From Epiperipatus broadwayi (lineage: Eukaryota; Animalia; Onychophora), in NCBI GenBank assembly GCA_028023455.1, contig JAQFVV010000007.1:17298001-17362000 (forward strand): a stretch of DNA of 64,000 nucleotides, given 5' to 3'. Made by a program: the position numbers and the translations under genes. The notes under the pieces were generated by a model. It saw only the letters and a list, made by a program, of their open reading frames with translations. It did no database searches and was not told the DNA's origin. Of the stretch, positions 1-13,496 are shown piece after piece. Within the stretch, counting starts at the first letter, position 1. Every line of letters starts with the position of its first letter.

Positions 1-2590
1 TATTTTCATATTTTGAGCAAATCGATTAAACATTACTTTAGTCTTTTTAATATTTATCTTTAGTCCTACTTTTCTACTTTCATCTGCTAACTCCTGCAAC
101 ATTTCCAGCAGCTCTGAAGCATTATTTGCAAAAACAACTACATCATCTGCGAAATCTAAATGACTTAAATACTCTCCATTTACTTTCACTCCTTTAGTTT
201 CCCATTTTAATCCACAAAATACTTCTTGCAGCACTGCTGTAAAAAGTTTTGGAGATATGGAGTCACCTTGTCTTACACCTTTCTCAATGTTGATTTTTCC
301 TGTATCATTATGTAATCTAATTGTTGCTGTTGCATTTTTATAAATATTCTTTAAAATATGACAATATCCTGGATCTATACCTTGAAGATCCAATGCTTTA
401 ATCACTGAAGAAATGTGTATAGTATCGAATGCCTTTTCATAATCTACAAATCCAAAACATAATGACAACTCATATTCGTTTGCCCTTTCTATGACTTCTC
501 TCAATACCTGGATATGATCTATTGTACTAAAACCACTTTTAAATCCAGCTTGTTCTCTTGGTTGGTGGAAATCCAAAGTTCTTTGTAGACGAGTTGTAAT
601 TATCTTGGTAAAAATTTTATATAAAACTGATAAAAGGCTAATAGGTCTGTAATTTCTAATATCTTCTTTATCACCTTTTTTAAATATTAATATTATTACT
701 GCATTCTTCCAATCTTCTGGTACATCTTTATCATTTAGACATTTGGTATATAACTTTGCTAAAATTGTTTCTATTTCTTCACCTAACTTCTTTTAATATA
801 TCAATTATAATTCCATTATTTCCTGGAGCCTTTCCTTTCTTCATACATTTAATTGCATGTCTCACTTCTTCATTTAAAATTCTGGGCAATTCGGAAGATG
901 TAATAGATATAGGAAGTACTTGTTCTTTATTACTATATAATTCTTGATAAAAATCTTCTACCAATTTCATGATGTCATCTCTCTTTTTAGTAATAATTCC
1001 ATCTTTTTTTCTTATTGCAGATATAAATTTCCTACCATTACCAAAATGTTTTTTAACATTCTTGAGACTTTTACTTTCTTCTACAGCTTTCCTTGTTATT
1101 TCACAGTTATACTTTCTTATATCATTTTCAACTCTTTTCCGTACCATTTTACAAAATTCGAGATATTCAATTCTTTTTAATACATCATTTTTGTATATCT
1201 TCATATTCCTTCTTTTCTTCATAAATTCTCTAGTCTCAGTAGAAATTTTATTAGTTAATTGCTGCTTTTTTCTACCAGCTATCTTTGTTGCAGTTTTTAA
1301 AAGTGTATCAGTTATTTTCATATTAATTTCATTCAAATCTGAATCATGTTCAAAATCTCCTAACACTTGAAACCTATTTGTAAGTTCTAATTTAAATTCA
1401 TTAGAATGTTTTTGAAGATTAGGAATGTCAACTGTAAATATTGTTTTTCTTAATAATTTTTGTCTCTCTAGTTTTACATTAACACGTAACTTACACCTTA
1501 CTAATCGATGATCACTTCCTGTGTTAAATTTATTAAAAACATTACAATCTTGAAATATGTCTTTTCTGTTAGTCAAAATATAATCCAATTCTGCTGTACC
1601 TTCATTTGGATGTTTCCATGTCCATTTCCTTTTAACATTTTTCTCAAAAAATGAATTCATAATATAAAGTTTTTCTTTTTCTGCAAACTCCACAAGTCTA
1701 TGTCCTCTTTCATTTCTATTACCATAACCAAAATTACCTACAGCAATTTCATCTTTCATTTGTCTACCTATTCTAGCATTAAAGTCTCCCATAACAATTT
1801 TAAAATGTTGTTTACTCTGATCAAAAGCCTTTTGTACATCCATATAAAAATCTTCTACTACTTCATCACTATGAGAACTTGTTGGGGCGTAAACCTGAAT
1901 TATCTGCATTTGATATCTGCTATTAAGTTGTATAACTAATCTTGCCACTCTGTCCGATACACCATCAATCTCCACAATATTGTTCTTCCACTTTTTATTT
2001 ATAATGAATCCTACTCCACTTGTATTTCCAATATGGGTGCCTTTATAATAGAGTATATATCCACTTTTTAAATCAATTGTTTCTTCACCTTTTCTTCTAA
2101 CTTCACAAAGTCCAATAATGTCCCATTTAATATATAGTTCTTTTTCTAATTCTTGCAATCTTCCTTCACTTGAAAGTGATCTGCAGTTGTAAGTACTTAA
2201 ATAAAAAGTCATCATCAAATGGCAGCCTGGGTCCGCAATCAGAGGATTCTTAGCACTCTCCGCCTTCGGCCACCAACCGCTGCCTTGGTTGACGACTTTA
2301 CAGCCTCTTGGGAATAAGGGTCATGCTTTATTTTTGTCTGTCATAATTGTATATATGTATTGGAAAAATATTTATCATTTACACAAACATTCATTCTGCC
2401 TTATCAGGCACTGAGGAGAAAGACCATGGTGTTTCTTGATCTTAAACTCAGAAGTAAAAAGCCAATAAACTCACGACACTGGCTAATGCATGTTGGTGAG
2501 CAGCCCATCCATGTTCGTATACTATATGAATAATCACATAGTGATAACAGCTGCAATGACAAGAACGTATGGAGTGGACATTAGGAATTT
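1..2590 (-). mobile_element. RTE-clade non-LTR retrotransposon, copy 1 (3' end runs off the window; frameshifted)
   Basis: ORF 779..2218 encodes an APE endonuclease (YNCRSL, IIGLCEVRR, VMGDFNA, GSDHRLV). RT motifs (FVDYEKAFD, QGDSISP, HLDFADD) continue over 1-790 in another frame. A 1-bp insertion near 790 relative to copy 2 (cacctaacttc vs cacctgcttc) shifts the frame. The 5' UTR matches copy 2 up to ~2570. Confidence 0.95.
779..2218 (-). pseudogene. APE endonuclease and linker part of the RTE ORF, ended by a frameshift before the RT domain
   Basis: ORF track 479 aa, nearly identical to the N-terminal half of the 926-aa ORF at 27441..30221. Confidence 0.9.
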
Positions 2591-2779
2591 GCCCTGCTCA
2601 GTTCCTTTAAGGCCTCCAAGAGGAATCAAAGGGTCTCCTTTCAGTTAATAGCAAACTCCTTTCTGCAGCCATATAATTTAAATATTATAAATATACATTT
2701 GTATATATATTAAATATTATAAAAATTTGAGTTTGTATTTATTATAAATCACACATTAATATCTTCTGGAAACCAGTTC

Positions 2780-3160
2780 AAGATTTTACCTGTACACCTA
2801 TTATTATCTTTTCTATCAACATGCTCACCCAATTTTTTCAATGTTGTCAGTAATACCTGTTTGTTCTGTCACACATATATATTGTTTATGACCTCTTTTC
2901 TTATTTCTTACATGCATCTCTTCATATTTTTTGTGTATTCTGAAGTCTTTGTATTGTCTTTCTATTAAGTGTCCAGTTCTCATATCCATAAGTAACTATG
3001 CATTAAAGACAATTATTAAAAATCTTTCTTTCAAACATATAGACATTTTTTAAATATTAAGTTATTTCTACCAAAAGCATTCCAACTAATTTTAATCCTA
3101 TAATCAGTTTTTTTCCTGATGTTTCCAGCTGTAGTAATAATCTGACTAAGATATTTGTAT
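2780..3160 (-). mobile_element. Older, degraded 3' fragment of an RTE element
   Basis: Similar to 27400-27830. The translation retains RIKISWNAFGRNNLI (copy 2: RIKLGWSAFGRNNLI). Confidence 0.8.
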
Positions 3161-4351
3161 TTCATTTTAAAGTCATGAATGATATTAAAATATCCAATTG
3201 TATGTATCAAACCACTATCCAAACACATTAGCACTTTAAAATTCTTAAGATGAATAGCTAACCCATGTCACTACAACATGTATGTATTCAGATATTGCAT
3301 TGCAGATATCTTAGAGAAAGAACAGGACCTTTCCTTTGAGAATACTTTAAAACAATCACTGAGAAGAGAAAAAGATATTTTCTTACTTTTGACTTGAATA
3401 TTATTTTTTGTATTATATATTTTTGTAAAGATCACATGCCTTCAGAACATTAAAGAGTATGTAATTCCATGTTTTTGGTGCCCAAGAGCTATATGTGTCA
3501 ACTCGATAAACACTTAGTGTAATATTTAAGAAACATAGAAATGCTTTTTATTACAAGTCAATTACATCAGCCTTTGCATCACATTTGTTAACTACAGCTA
3601 TATCTATAATTTTGATAACACTAGAACATTTTTTAGATTGAAAAAAATATGATTTCTGGACTATGACAAAATATATTGAAATTCTAAAAAGCCCCAAAAA
3701 TTTAAATGTGAAGCAACTCAAAATATTGCACTCTTATGGAATTCTATACCCAAAGGTAATCTTATTATTACCTGCTGAATGGGCATCAATATTTGAACAA
3801 AAATGGACACTCAACATAGACAATAAACTTCACAAATCACACATTTACTTTATATAAATGAATATGTATAAATCAAAATCGATGCAGCTAGCTTCTTTAA
3901 AAGTTGTTCTTACATTAAACATTGTTGCAAATACAATTATACATATTCTCACCATATATAGTCATTATCATCTCTATTTCTTAATTTTGCTACTCTACTC
4001 TTTTTCTCTTTTATCAACACTGTACCCAAACTCAAAATTGCTTCTTGTTCCTTTTCTTAAGCCATTTTCAGATGTTTTTAATCTGCACTGACATAATCTG
4101 TAAATATTTTCATAATAAGCAGATATTTGCATAATTAGCATACAATAATATACTCTTAATATTTGCACATATTAATTTTCTAGTGTGTCCAATAATGAGG
4201 GTCTTAATCAATATCCTGTCTGACTAATTTTATTTTTTTAATTTTTTATATATATATATATGTATGTATATATATATGTATTTCATTAGACATTACAGAC
4301 ACTCCATCTTTCTATCACCAAATCACTCTTAATTGATTTAATAAGTCAATA

Positions 4352-4910
4352 CATAATTGGAAGGGATTTGAACTCAGACTTTTAAGCTCCCTACAGCTAT
4401 CCACTCCATCCTATATAATTGATTGACATGACTACATACACATGAAAAAGATAAATAATCTCCAACATACATAGTTCATGCTGAACCAGCACTCATTAGT
4501 TGGCCCAGATCATCATCTCCCACACATATAAATAATTCAGTGCTCAGTTTATATTATCATAGCAAATTATCAAGCATTAATGGACAGGCTTCATTTTTCT
4601 CCACCCTACAATTCTTCAGCCATCCATATCATTGACAATCTAATGATGTATTGGTGAATAGTTTGAGGGTGGAAAAAATTGAAGCCTGTGAATTAGAGAT
4701 TGAAGATTTTTTATCTTAATATAAACTGAGTACTGATTGTATATATGTGTGGAAGATAGTGATCTGGACCAACTGATGATTGCACAAAATATGTATGAAA
4801 GTCATTTATCTTTTTCATAAGTATGTGGTCATGTGTATTGGTTGTACAAGATACAGTGGATGGCTGTATGGAGCTTGAAAGTGAGTTTGAGATCCTTCTA
4901 ATTACATTAA
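4352..4910. repeat. Long imperfect inverted repeat H0 (~260-bp arms, short loop)
   Basis: 4352-4610 is the reverse complement of 4650-4910, e.g. 'catgactacatacacatgaaaaagataaat' vs rc 'catgaccacatacttatgaaaaagataaat', and 'caggcttcatttttctccaccct' vs rc 'caggcttcaattttttccaccct'. Confidence 0.85.
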
Positions 4911-5834
4911 ATATAATGTACACAATATACATATACTGAAATATATATCAGAATAAACTAATTGATGTTTCCTTTTATTGTGTGTGGTAGTAAATATAAA
5001 AAAGTAAGAAAATAATATGTTTAAAAGCATGAAAATAATGTAATTTTTATTTTTTAGAATACAAATCTGAAACTAGTAATGCAGTCACTGTAAAAGAATA
5101 AACCACTAAAACAAATTACATTGGCGATGAGAGCTTAGTAATAACAGATGACAATAAATTCATGATAAATTTAAATTCAAAAGAAAATCTATCACCATAT
5201 AGAAGTTGGTTATAATAAATGCAAATGCATAATATGTTTCAAAGCCACAATGGGGCAATCACGTGAAAGCAAGCATTCATCTAATCAAATTGCAGCTCGG
5301 TCTTGAATGTCACCATTTCTACATTGTCCCACTGAGTGGCGCTGTACTTTTGGAATGGATGACAGTTTTCAAAATGAGATACTTTCTTCTCATATTTTAA
5401 AACATGTTCCTTGTTTTTCAATCATTGTCTGTTATAAAAAAATAATACTTTTATGTGTGTTATCTAAATAAAATTATTTTCAAGTTTTATACATATTACA
5501 TTTTATTAATTAACAAATTCTGACCCAGTTTGGTATTAAAATGGTGACTCCATCAAGTGATAAATTATATAGGCAAAAAGCCCCAAATGAACTTTATTAA
5601 TTACACAATTATTTATTCAGACTATATACAGTTTAAAAAAATATTTTCAATACAGAAAAACTCTGAGAATATAATGAAAAGAATAGCTAACTCTTCATAC
5701 ACTACTGCCATTCAATGCTAGCTAATCAATGTATGCAAGAATGTCATAGCATTAAAACATAACTAGTGCCCACTCATTCAATATCTTTAAATTGTTTTTA
5801 GCTTGTGACTTTTATTAATGAGGAACCTGTATGT

Positions 5835-6990
5835 GAGAGCACAGAATTTAGATTTTAGGATCTAATGCAACCCTCCAGCAGCCACCTTTTACCAGTTTTA
5901 GTTAACTATAAAGCTATAAGTTCAAAATGAAAACACTAATGATTTCAATAGAAACTCATTCACATGTGTAGTCATACAGATCTGATCCCAGTTCACAGAT
6001 CTATACATTTGATATTTTTGTTTTTTAATAGTCACTATAGTTCCAAATTCAGGATGAATATCAAACCATTAAACAACATATGATTATCATTTGCTATGCT
6101 TACACAACCTGTTAAAACACTAGTAAACTCTCCATACAGTAGTGGCCCCAGTGTAAGTCATAATAATCAAAGGCTGCAAGAAATATTGTGCTTAAAATAT
6201 CTATTTACTACCTATTTATCCAATATTCCTGACTAATTGTAGTTTTCATCAGTAAGGAGCCATAGATCAGAGATTACTGCATGTAGATTTTAAGATTTAA
6301 TGCAACCCTCCAGCAGTCATCTTTTTCCATTTTTGTTAATGAAAAACAATGATGGGATAGTGGATGAACAAGCACCAGATAAGGATTTTATACATAAACC
6401 ATCTCGCATCCATTGATTGCTATGGCCTTCACTAAGAGGCACTACTATATAGAGAGTGTTCTACTGCTTTAACAGCTTGTGTAAGCATAGAAAATTGTGA
6501 TTATATATTTTTAAATGGTTTAATATTAATCATTCCTATTGGGATTATGTTGTCTATGATTATTAAAGAAACAATGACAACAAAATGTATAGATACTTAA
6601 CTGGGTTCAGATTTGTATGCTTGTGCAAATGAATGAGCTTAGATTGAAAATGATATTTTGCTTTTATTTTAGATTGTAGCTTTATAATTAACTAAAAAGA
6701 TAAAAGATGGTTATTGGAGGGTTGTATTCCATCCTAAGATCCATGTGCAGTGCTCTAAGATCCATGTTAACACACTAATGGAAGCCACTAGCCAGAAACT
6801 AATCTGGAAACATTGGATAGGTAGGTAATAGATCACGATTTCATGCACCAACTTTTTTCATCCATTAATTATTATAGCTTGCAATAGGTGGCACTATTGT
6901 ATGGAGATTTTACTAGTGTTTTAATAGCTTATGTAAGAATAAGAAATATTGATCATCTGATGTTTAGTGGGAATATTATTTTCAAGAGTT
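5835..6990. repeat. Palindrome H2, copy A: two forward ~430-bp subunits followed by two reverse subunits
   Basis: 5835-6160 pairs with 6430-6770, and 6070-6350 pairs with 6690-6990. Shared motif 'aatgcaaccctccagcag' at 5864 and 6299 vs 'tggagggttgtatt' at 6715. Confidence 0.85.
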
Positions 6991-7409
6991 ACAATTAAAT
7001 ATATAACATAATCACAAACGTAGGTAATTTTTCAATTTAAGCAAAATTAAAATTATTAATAATCTAGTGGAATGCATTAATTGCTTGACTTGAAGCCTGC
7101 CCACAATATCTAGCATTTTTTAAATGTTTTTCTATTTGTAAAATAATTCTGCTCTAACAACCTATTTTACGGGTGTCACTTTTATATTTGATCACATTTA
7201 AAAGCCTGTGATTTTTTATGATGGTCTTCATATTTTGGAATATCAATTCACTCAGTTTTTTTCTACTATCCAATCTTTATTTTGTGACTAGAGTGATTAT
7301 TACTCTGGTAGTTAATACATTTAATAATTATATGCTCTTAAATAATAGATCAAAACAATTTTCCTCCTCTGCAAATTCCCATAGTACATTACATTAATAT
7401 TCTTTACAT

Positions 7410-8100
7410 TTTGTTACAAGGCTAGAGTGGCAAACACAAGAATTTAAGGTCCCGAAATCTCAATCCAGCTTAGTCACTTGCAGTACTCAAACTTTTAATG
7501 CTTTTCTGAGTTATAAATGATTCATTTATTTATCTATTGTTTATATTGTGTTAAGCAAGTCTAGGTATCTATCATTGCTTAATCTATTTTTGCTCCATAT
7601 CTTATAGTTTGATTTAAAGAGTTTCATGATGAATTTGGAAACTCAAGCTGCAAATGGCAATTAGTGTCATTCACCTTATGATTATACTTTCACTTCTTTA
7701 ACAATATCTTCATAATGAGAAGTTTTAAGTTTTTAATTTTACCTTTTATTTGGTCTCATTTTACTTTTCTTTTCACTGAATGCCTTATTATTAAATCTGT
7801 ATTGGTATCCACAATTTATAATGATGTTTATAATAATTGATTGGAATAAGTATGGCAGCAAAAATCACTTCAAACTGCATAGTATTAAGCAGTTATCAGC
7901 TTCTTTTAAATCCAAAACAACAGGAAGTGGAGTAATTGATTCCTCATACCATTCATAATTTTAAGGACAAAATAGAACAGCATTTACATTCTAGCCAGAC
8001 ATCAATGACATGTAACACCTTGATTGGCTTGTCACAATGAAAAGTGCTGAGTGTGAATGTGGGGTTCATAGATTGCCGCTCTAGCTTTGTCATTTGCAAA
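7410..8100. repeat. Degenerate inverted repeat H3 (other copies at ~26140-26830, 36540-37240, 50815-51500)
   Basis: Only patchy complementarity: 'acaaggctagagtggcaa' with 'ttgccgctctagctttgt', and 'tcattgcttaat...tttttgctcc' with 'cagcaaaaa...attaagcagttat'. Confidence 0.45.
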
Positions 8101-8139
8101 GATCAAAATTCCAGTCAATCCCAAGCAATAAAGCATTGA

Positions 8140-8147
8140 TGATGATG

Positions 8148-8201
<54 letters not shown>
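8140..8201. repeat. (GAT)n(TAT)n microsatellite
   Basis: Direct reading. Shorter versions sit at the same position in other units (26840, 37265, 51535). Confidence 0.95.
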
Positions 8202-10851
8202 GGTTATCCTATTTCAAGTAAATTATTTATATTTATTATTGAATTAACATGCATATGACTAATGAATACATATTCTTTGCTTTTGTAATTAAGTTTGAAA
8301 TCATCAAAACATCACATGTTCACCATTTCATAAGCTTACATTTTATTTATAGAGTTACACAGATTGGAAAAAAACCCAGTTAATCAGAAACATTTCTGGG
8401 AAAATGTGCAATAAATAGAACAATCTTTAATCAGAAATGTATGGGTATATAATGGAAATGGATTAAGGTATATAATAAAAACATGCATAATTAAAAGACT
8501 CCATTTCCCATACAAACTGATAGATATAACAATAGTAAATTTAAGCAGGAAATAAAGAGCTTTAAAAAAGTCAGTAACTGCAAAATTATAAAAATTGAAA
8601 TTAATGAACATTCATGGAAAGAGGATTTTACTCAGAGTTGACAATCTCTTTTGTCTGCAGTAAGACATAGGAACTGGTAAATGAAAGAGTGTTATCAGAA
8701 ATAGCTCTAAATATATAATAAACTTTCAGGCCAATAAATGTTTCTGGCAGAAGTAAATGTCAGCAGAAGCAAATTCAAGAAGAGGCTGTCTTTAAATTTC
8801 AGCTCAAGATCATAGAAATCTCATAAGTAATAATTGAAATGAGGAACTGCAAAGTACCTCATAGGATGCTGTAAGGTTTAATCTGATTACCTCAGGGGGG
8901 AGAGAATTTAAATTGGCTCCAGAAAAAAATAATAGAGCCAAGCACCTGTTTGGATTATGCCACTCTTATTGTTGCAATTATTAAATGTCTGGGGAAATCA
9001 AAATAAGATTGAAAAATTTCAAAGAAAGATTATTTTGTTTTGTATATAAATGTTGTTTATATCCAGTTGAATTTCACTTGGAAAGTCTATTTGTTAATAG
9101 ATGAAACCATGATTGTAAAAGAATTTTAGTAAATTTTGTAATTGGTTAGTATTTCAATGTTATAGGATTTTCTATATATATACATGTATCTATATATAAA
9201 TTAATAGTTTAGTGCTGGATATTGTCAATTAAAATATTAGAAATATAATAGGATCAAGCTCTGAATTAAGCATTGTCAGTAAGAGTTGATTTATATAAGA
9301 ATAAACTCTTAGCGCAAGTGATTTCCTTGAGTTTTAAAACTTAATAATGGGTGATTTATACATTAAAATAAATAGTGCCGGTTGGAAGATTAATTTTTTT
9401 TTATATAATTACATATATATCCAATGCTAAACTATTAATTTATATACATTCTTTATTAAAATACATTTTATCATAATTGATTAAAAATGAGAAATTTTCT
9501 TCTGTGATATATCAATAAAATTTATACAATTCAGTTGTCAATTAAAATATTCAATTCAAACACATTATAGGATTAAGCCCTGAATTAACCACAGTCAGTA
9601 AGTATTGGCTTATCTTGTAAGCTCTAATCGCAAGCGACTCATATCTGTTTTTAAAACTCTTACTGAAGGAACACTGTGCCAGGATCTATACATTAAACAC
9701 AAACAGTGCAAATCAGAAGATTAATTTCCTTCCATGGAGTTATATATCTATGCATATTTATATAAATAATTAAATAATACAAATATATAATTATCTAATT
9801 ACATTATTTTAATTTATGTCATATATATAATTAGAATCTTTCAAATGGTAATGTTTAGAAAGCCTAACTATATCTGCTTGAAAGATCATAAAACTCTTTA
9901 GTAGATGGCACAAATCAAATTAAAATTATTCTCTATTGTTACATATTATTTAATTAGATTGATAGTTATATAATTGAAAACAATTTTGTCTAAAAATGGG
10001 CTTGATTAAAAGCTGTGTGCTACCTATTAATGAAAAGCTAAAAAAATGTTTTTTAGCAAAGACTAATTGGTGTTTTCATCGTACATTTGCACTTGGAATA
10101 CATTAAAATGGTAAAATGTACTAGATTATGTGAACTACTGTTATTCAAAAAAATAAAGCCTACAAAGATTTGAGGACACCAACGATACGTATTACATAAA
10201 CATTTAGGAATTTTTGCTCGTAGAGGATTTCCTTTCGTTACGAAAATTTAATTCATTCTATATAAAGAGATCCAAAACCTCAACAATCAGGGACTAATAT
10301 AATATCAACTTATATATTTTAAAGTAAGTTATATTTGAAATGTCTGATATTTGTTTTTCAGAATCGTATATTTCATTCGTTTTTTACAATAACAACCAGT
10401 AATCATATTCCACAGTTATAATGGAAAATAATATTCTTATATTGAAAAACCTAATGTCATGTGGCCATGTGTAAATCTATTTAACTATTAGTTGAATTAT
10501 CCTCTAGCGCTGTGTTCAGTAACTTTTTACAGTAAGAAAATAGTGGTTTCCTTCTGTATTTTAGATCTTTTTTATACAGAATTACGTAGAAAAGCAATAG
10601 CCAGAGAGCAATTTTAATTCAACCTATATATATATAAATCAGAAAGCAACTTGACTAATTATCCCATAGAAGAAAAAACTGGCTTAACTTTTTGCAAATA
10701 TAGTTTATTAATTTTTAAAAAATAAATTTATTTTTACTTAGTCTTTTGTAGATTTTAATTCATTAATTATACAGTGAAATTTATGAAGTCAGAAATATTT
10801 TATTATATATATATTGGTACATTTTAAATGTGTTTTGCAATGTATAAGATA

Positions 10852-12685
10852 GCATTTCCCCCCTCCTTTCTCTACCACATCCTCCATTCCACAGGGCTCT
10901 CCTCTCAGCACCCTGTTTTTCATCACTTACCTCAACCCTCTGCTCCTTCAAATTGAGAGTTCTCTTTCTGGCATCCATATCCCAACATTAAATACATCAA
11001 TTCATCACATCACCTATATGGATGACTTGGCCATTTTTCTTCCTTCAAAAAAACTAATCCCCGGACTTCTTTCAGTGCTTAGAAAGTTCTTGGATCAAAC
11101 TGGCCTCCAATTTAATATGGCCAAGTCGTCTGCCTGGTATTTATATTCTGGTAAGATAATTACTGGCCAATTTGCAGCAAAGCCTCAGAACTTTTTAGGC
11201 TTCCCTATATTTGAATCCGCCTCTGCCATGAGAAGATCTGTCCAAAATAAGCTACTTCAATCTACACAGAAGATCACATCCTTCCTATCCAAAGTTTACA
11301 TGTCCATGTTCACCAAGTCCTCTCTTATCAATATGCTAATATTCCCCAGAATATCCTATTTCACCCCAGTGGTCAATTTCACCAAAGTTTTCATCAGTAA
11401 GATATACAAGATGTGCATTGATCTAATTAGAGGGGGCAGAAGTTCAACCATCAGCTTGAGAAGCCTGCAGAAACACACAAAGTTCAATGGGTTATCCCTA
11501 CATTCCATAGATACATTTATATTTCAATGTTCCTACAACTCTATCTACAGAATATGCCTGCAGTATCCCAACTCCTTGCCATTTAAGGAGATCAATCCCA
11601 CAGACAAGCCTTCCTCTATTAACATTGGTTGGATGGCAACTCACATCTCTTATCTCCAAATTTACTACTCTTCCTAACAAGCCATCCTTAATGAAAATCA
11701 ATTTCTGGGAAGCATACTACATCCTTAATCCTGATGTTTCTGCAGGATCAACTCTCCTCTGGCTTAACAACCATCTGCTAATCAAGAAATTTAAGCGATA
11801 GTTCCTTGAACCCAAATTCTTTGACTTCCTGTTGAAGATAAACCTCAATGCATTGCCTACTAAACATTTTCTGTACACCGCTGAGGATTCTCACACATAG
11901 ATTCCACTCGCACCCTATGCCTCAGAGAAGAGGAAACTTCTCTTCACCTCCTCTGCTACTGTGGTTCCCTTCAACCCTACAGAGACCTTATAGCCTCCAT
12001 ACTAAATGACAAAAAGCCTTCCTTATCTACTCTAATTGACAATATACTGTGTGGTTACTTCCCAGAGATATGCTCATCAACATTCTTATTGTTTTCGTTA
12101 TGGTACGCCCGGTGCTGACTCACCTTTAATCATGCACTGGAGTGCCCTCTTGATTTATACATTGACAAAATGGAAAAAAATCGGAAAAGGGACCAAAATT
12201 TGGCCCCCTCCAACATCTACAATGCCACATGGAAGCTAATTGATTTGCCTCCCTATGGCAGATCCCTTTCATATCTGAATACATATCTCCTATCATGCAA
12301 ATGATTAGTATTATTATTTTAATATAAAAAAAATAGAAAGTACTTATTGTTAAATAAAAAATGAGACTTTTCCTATAATAAAGAAATATATTGTTACTTT
12401 GAATTTAAAATAAACAAAGTTTGATTAAAACAAAAAAAAAACTTTTACATAAGTAAATCTACAACTACAGATTACTTGTGTAACCAAAGCAACCCAAATT
12501 ATGTAAAACCATGTAACTAATCCACAGTATGGAAAAATTCCTGTAATCCAGTGTAAAATAATAAATCAACTTTTATATATGTAAACCTACAACTACAGAT
12601 TGCCCATGTAAACTCAGCAATCCATGCTATGTAAACTCTTGTAACCCTTTAAGACAAATAAAGCTTATCATTATAAAAAAAAAGA
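10852..12685 (+). mobile_element. 5'-truncated, decayed L1/Tx1-like LINE related to the element at 14392
   Basis: Reading frame SIPQGSPLSTLFFITYLNPLLLQI...HITYMDDLAIFLP aligns with ORF2 at 16175 (SIPQGSPLSTLLFTAYINPLLLQI...HISYMDDVVVFLP). C-terminal zinc-finger remnant LCLREEETSLHLLCYC at ~11915-11965. AATAAA plus poly(A) ends at 12685. The host repeat is split at 'taaga^gag' and resumes at 12686. Confidence 0.9.
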
Positions 12686-13496
12686 GAGTATTTTATCTTT
12701 TTAATCACTTTATGATGTTGGGCCATTCTTTTTCCCCATTGAAAATCCCAAGAAATGTTAATACAGCATTAGAAACCTTAAGTAAAAGAGATTGAAACAA
12801 TTGTTTATAATGTACTGTTCGGTCTTGTCTGTTCATATAACAAGATCTAGCCTCTAGGCAAAAGTACCTCGAGTCCAATCATGCGCAAGATACATAAGTC
12901 AGGAACACTCATGAACTCTGCCCTATTTGCCTATTTTCCAGATTACCAACTTATGAACTACAATTCCGATGATACCGATCTAATTTATTTCTCACCACCA
13001 GCATCGCAAAGCTGTGATACAAAAAGACTCTAATTTGAATTTATTCATGTATAGAATATTATTGTTAGCAAGATTCTATCATCTAGTAAATTAAACCTTT
13101 TAGATAACATCAAATATTGTTACTATTCAATAAATGAAACAATGACTTTGATATTTGGAAATATATATAAGATATATTAAGTTAATTTGAGATATATATA
13201 TAATTGATTACGTTATTTGTGTCAAAATACAAATAAAATTGGTATTTATCTTCCTTAGATGACATTAACCCCTCTTACAATACTATAAAATGAGCATATT
13301 TATTCAAGTTATGCTGCAATAACAAATAATTTATCGCTTTGTTCTAATGTGGCTATTTATATGTCAATAATTAACAGGTTACATGGTATACCTAAGATTT
13401 TTTTTATAGTGCTGGATTACAGTTATTTAAAGTTCTTTAAATCCACCATTAATATAATAACAGCACTCGAACCAATACAGAACATGATTGAGTTTG

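Noticed and set aside
756-1939. Plus-strand ORFs overlapping the RTE copies (also 28588-29783) and minus-strand ORFs over the L1 (15180-18885)
   Set aside because: Antisense or alternative-frame shadows of TE coding sequence; no domains.
7419-7605. Exon-like open frame LEWQTQEFKV...NLFLLHIL* in block H3
   Set aside because: An internal TGA in three of four copies and a frameshift in one; runs of this length are expected by chance in some frame.
9250-9300. Small pre-miRNA-like stem (atcaagctct...agagttgat) and paralogs
   Set aside because: The stem is short and the pairing register differs among copies.
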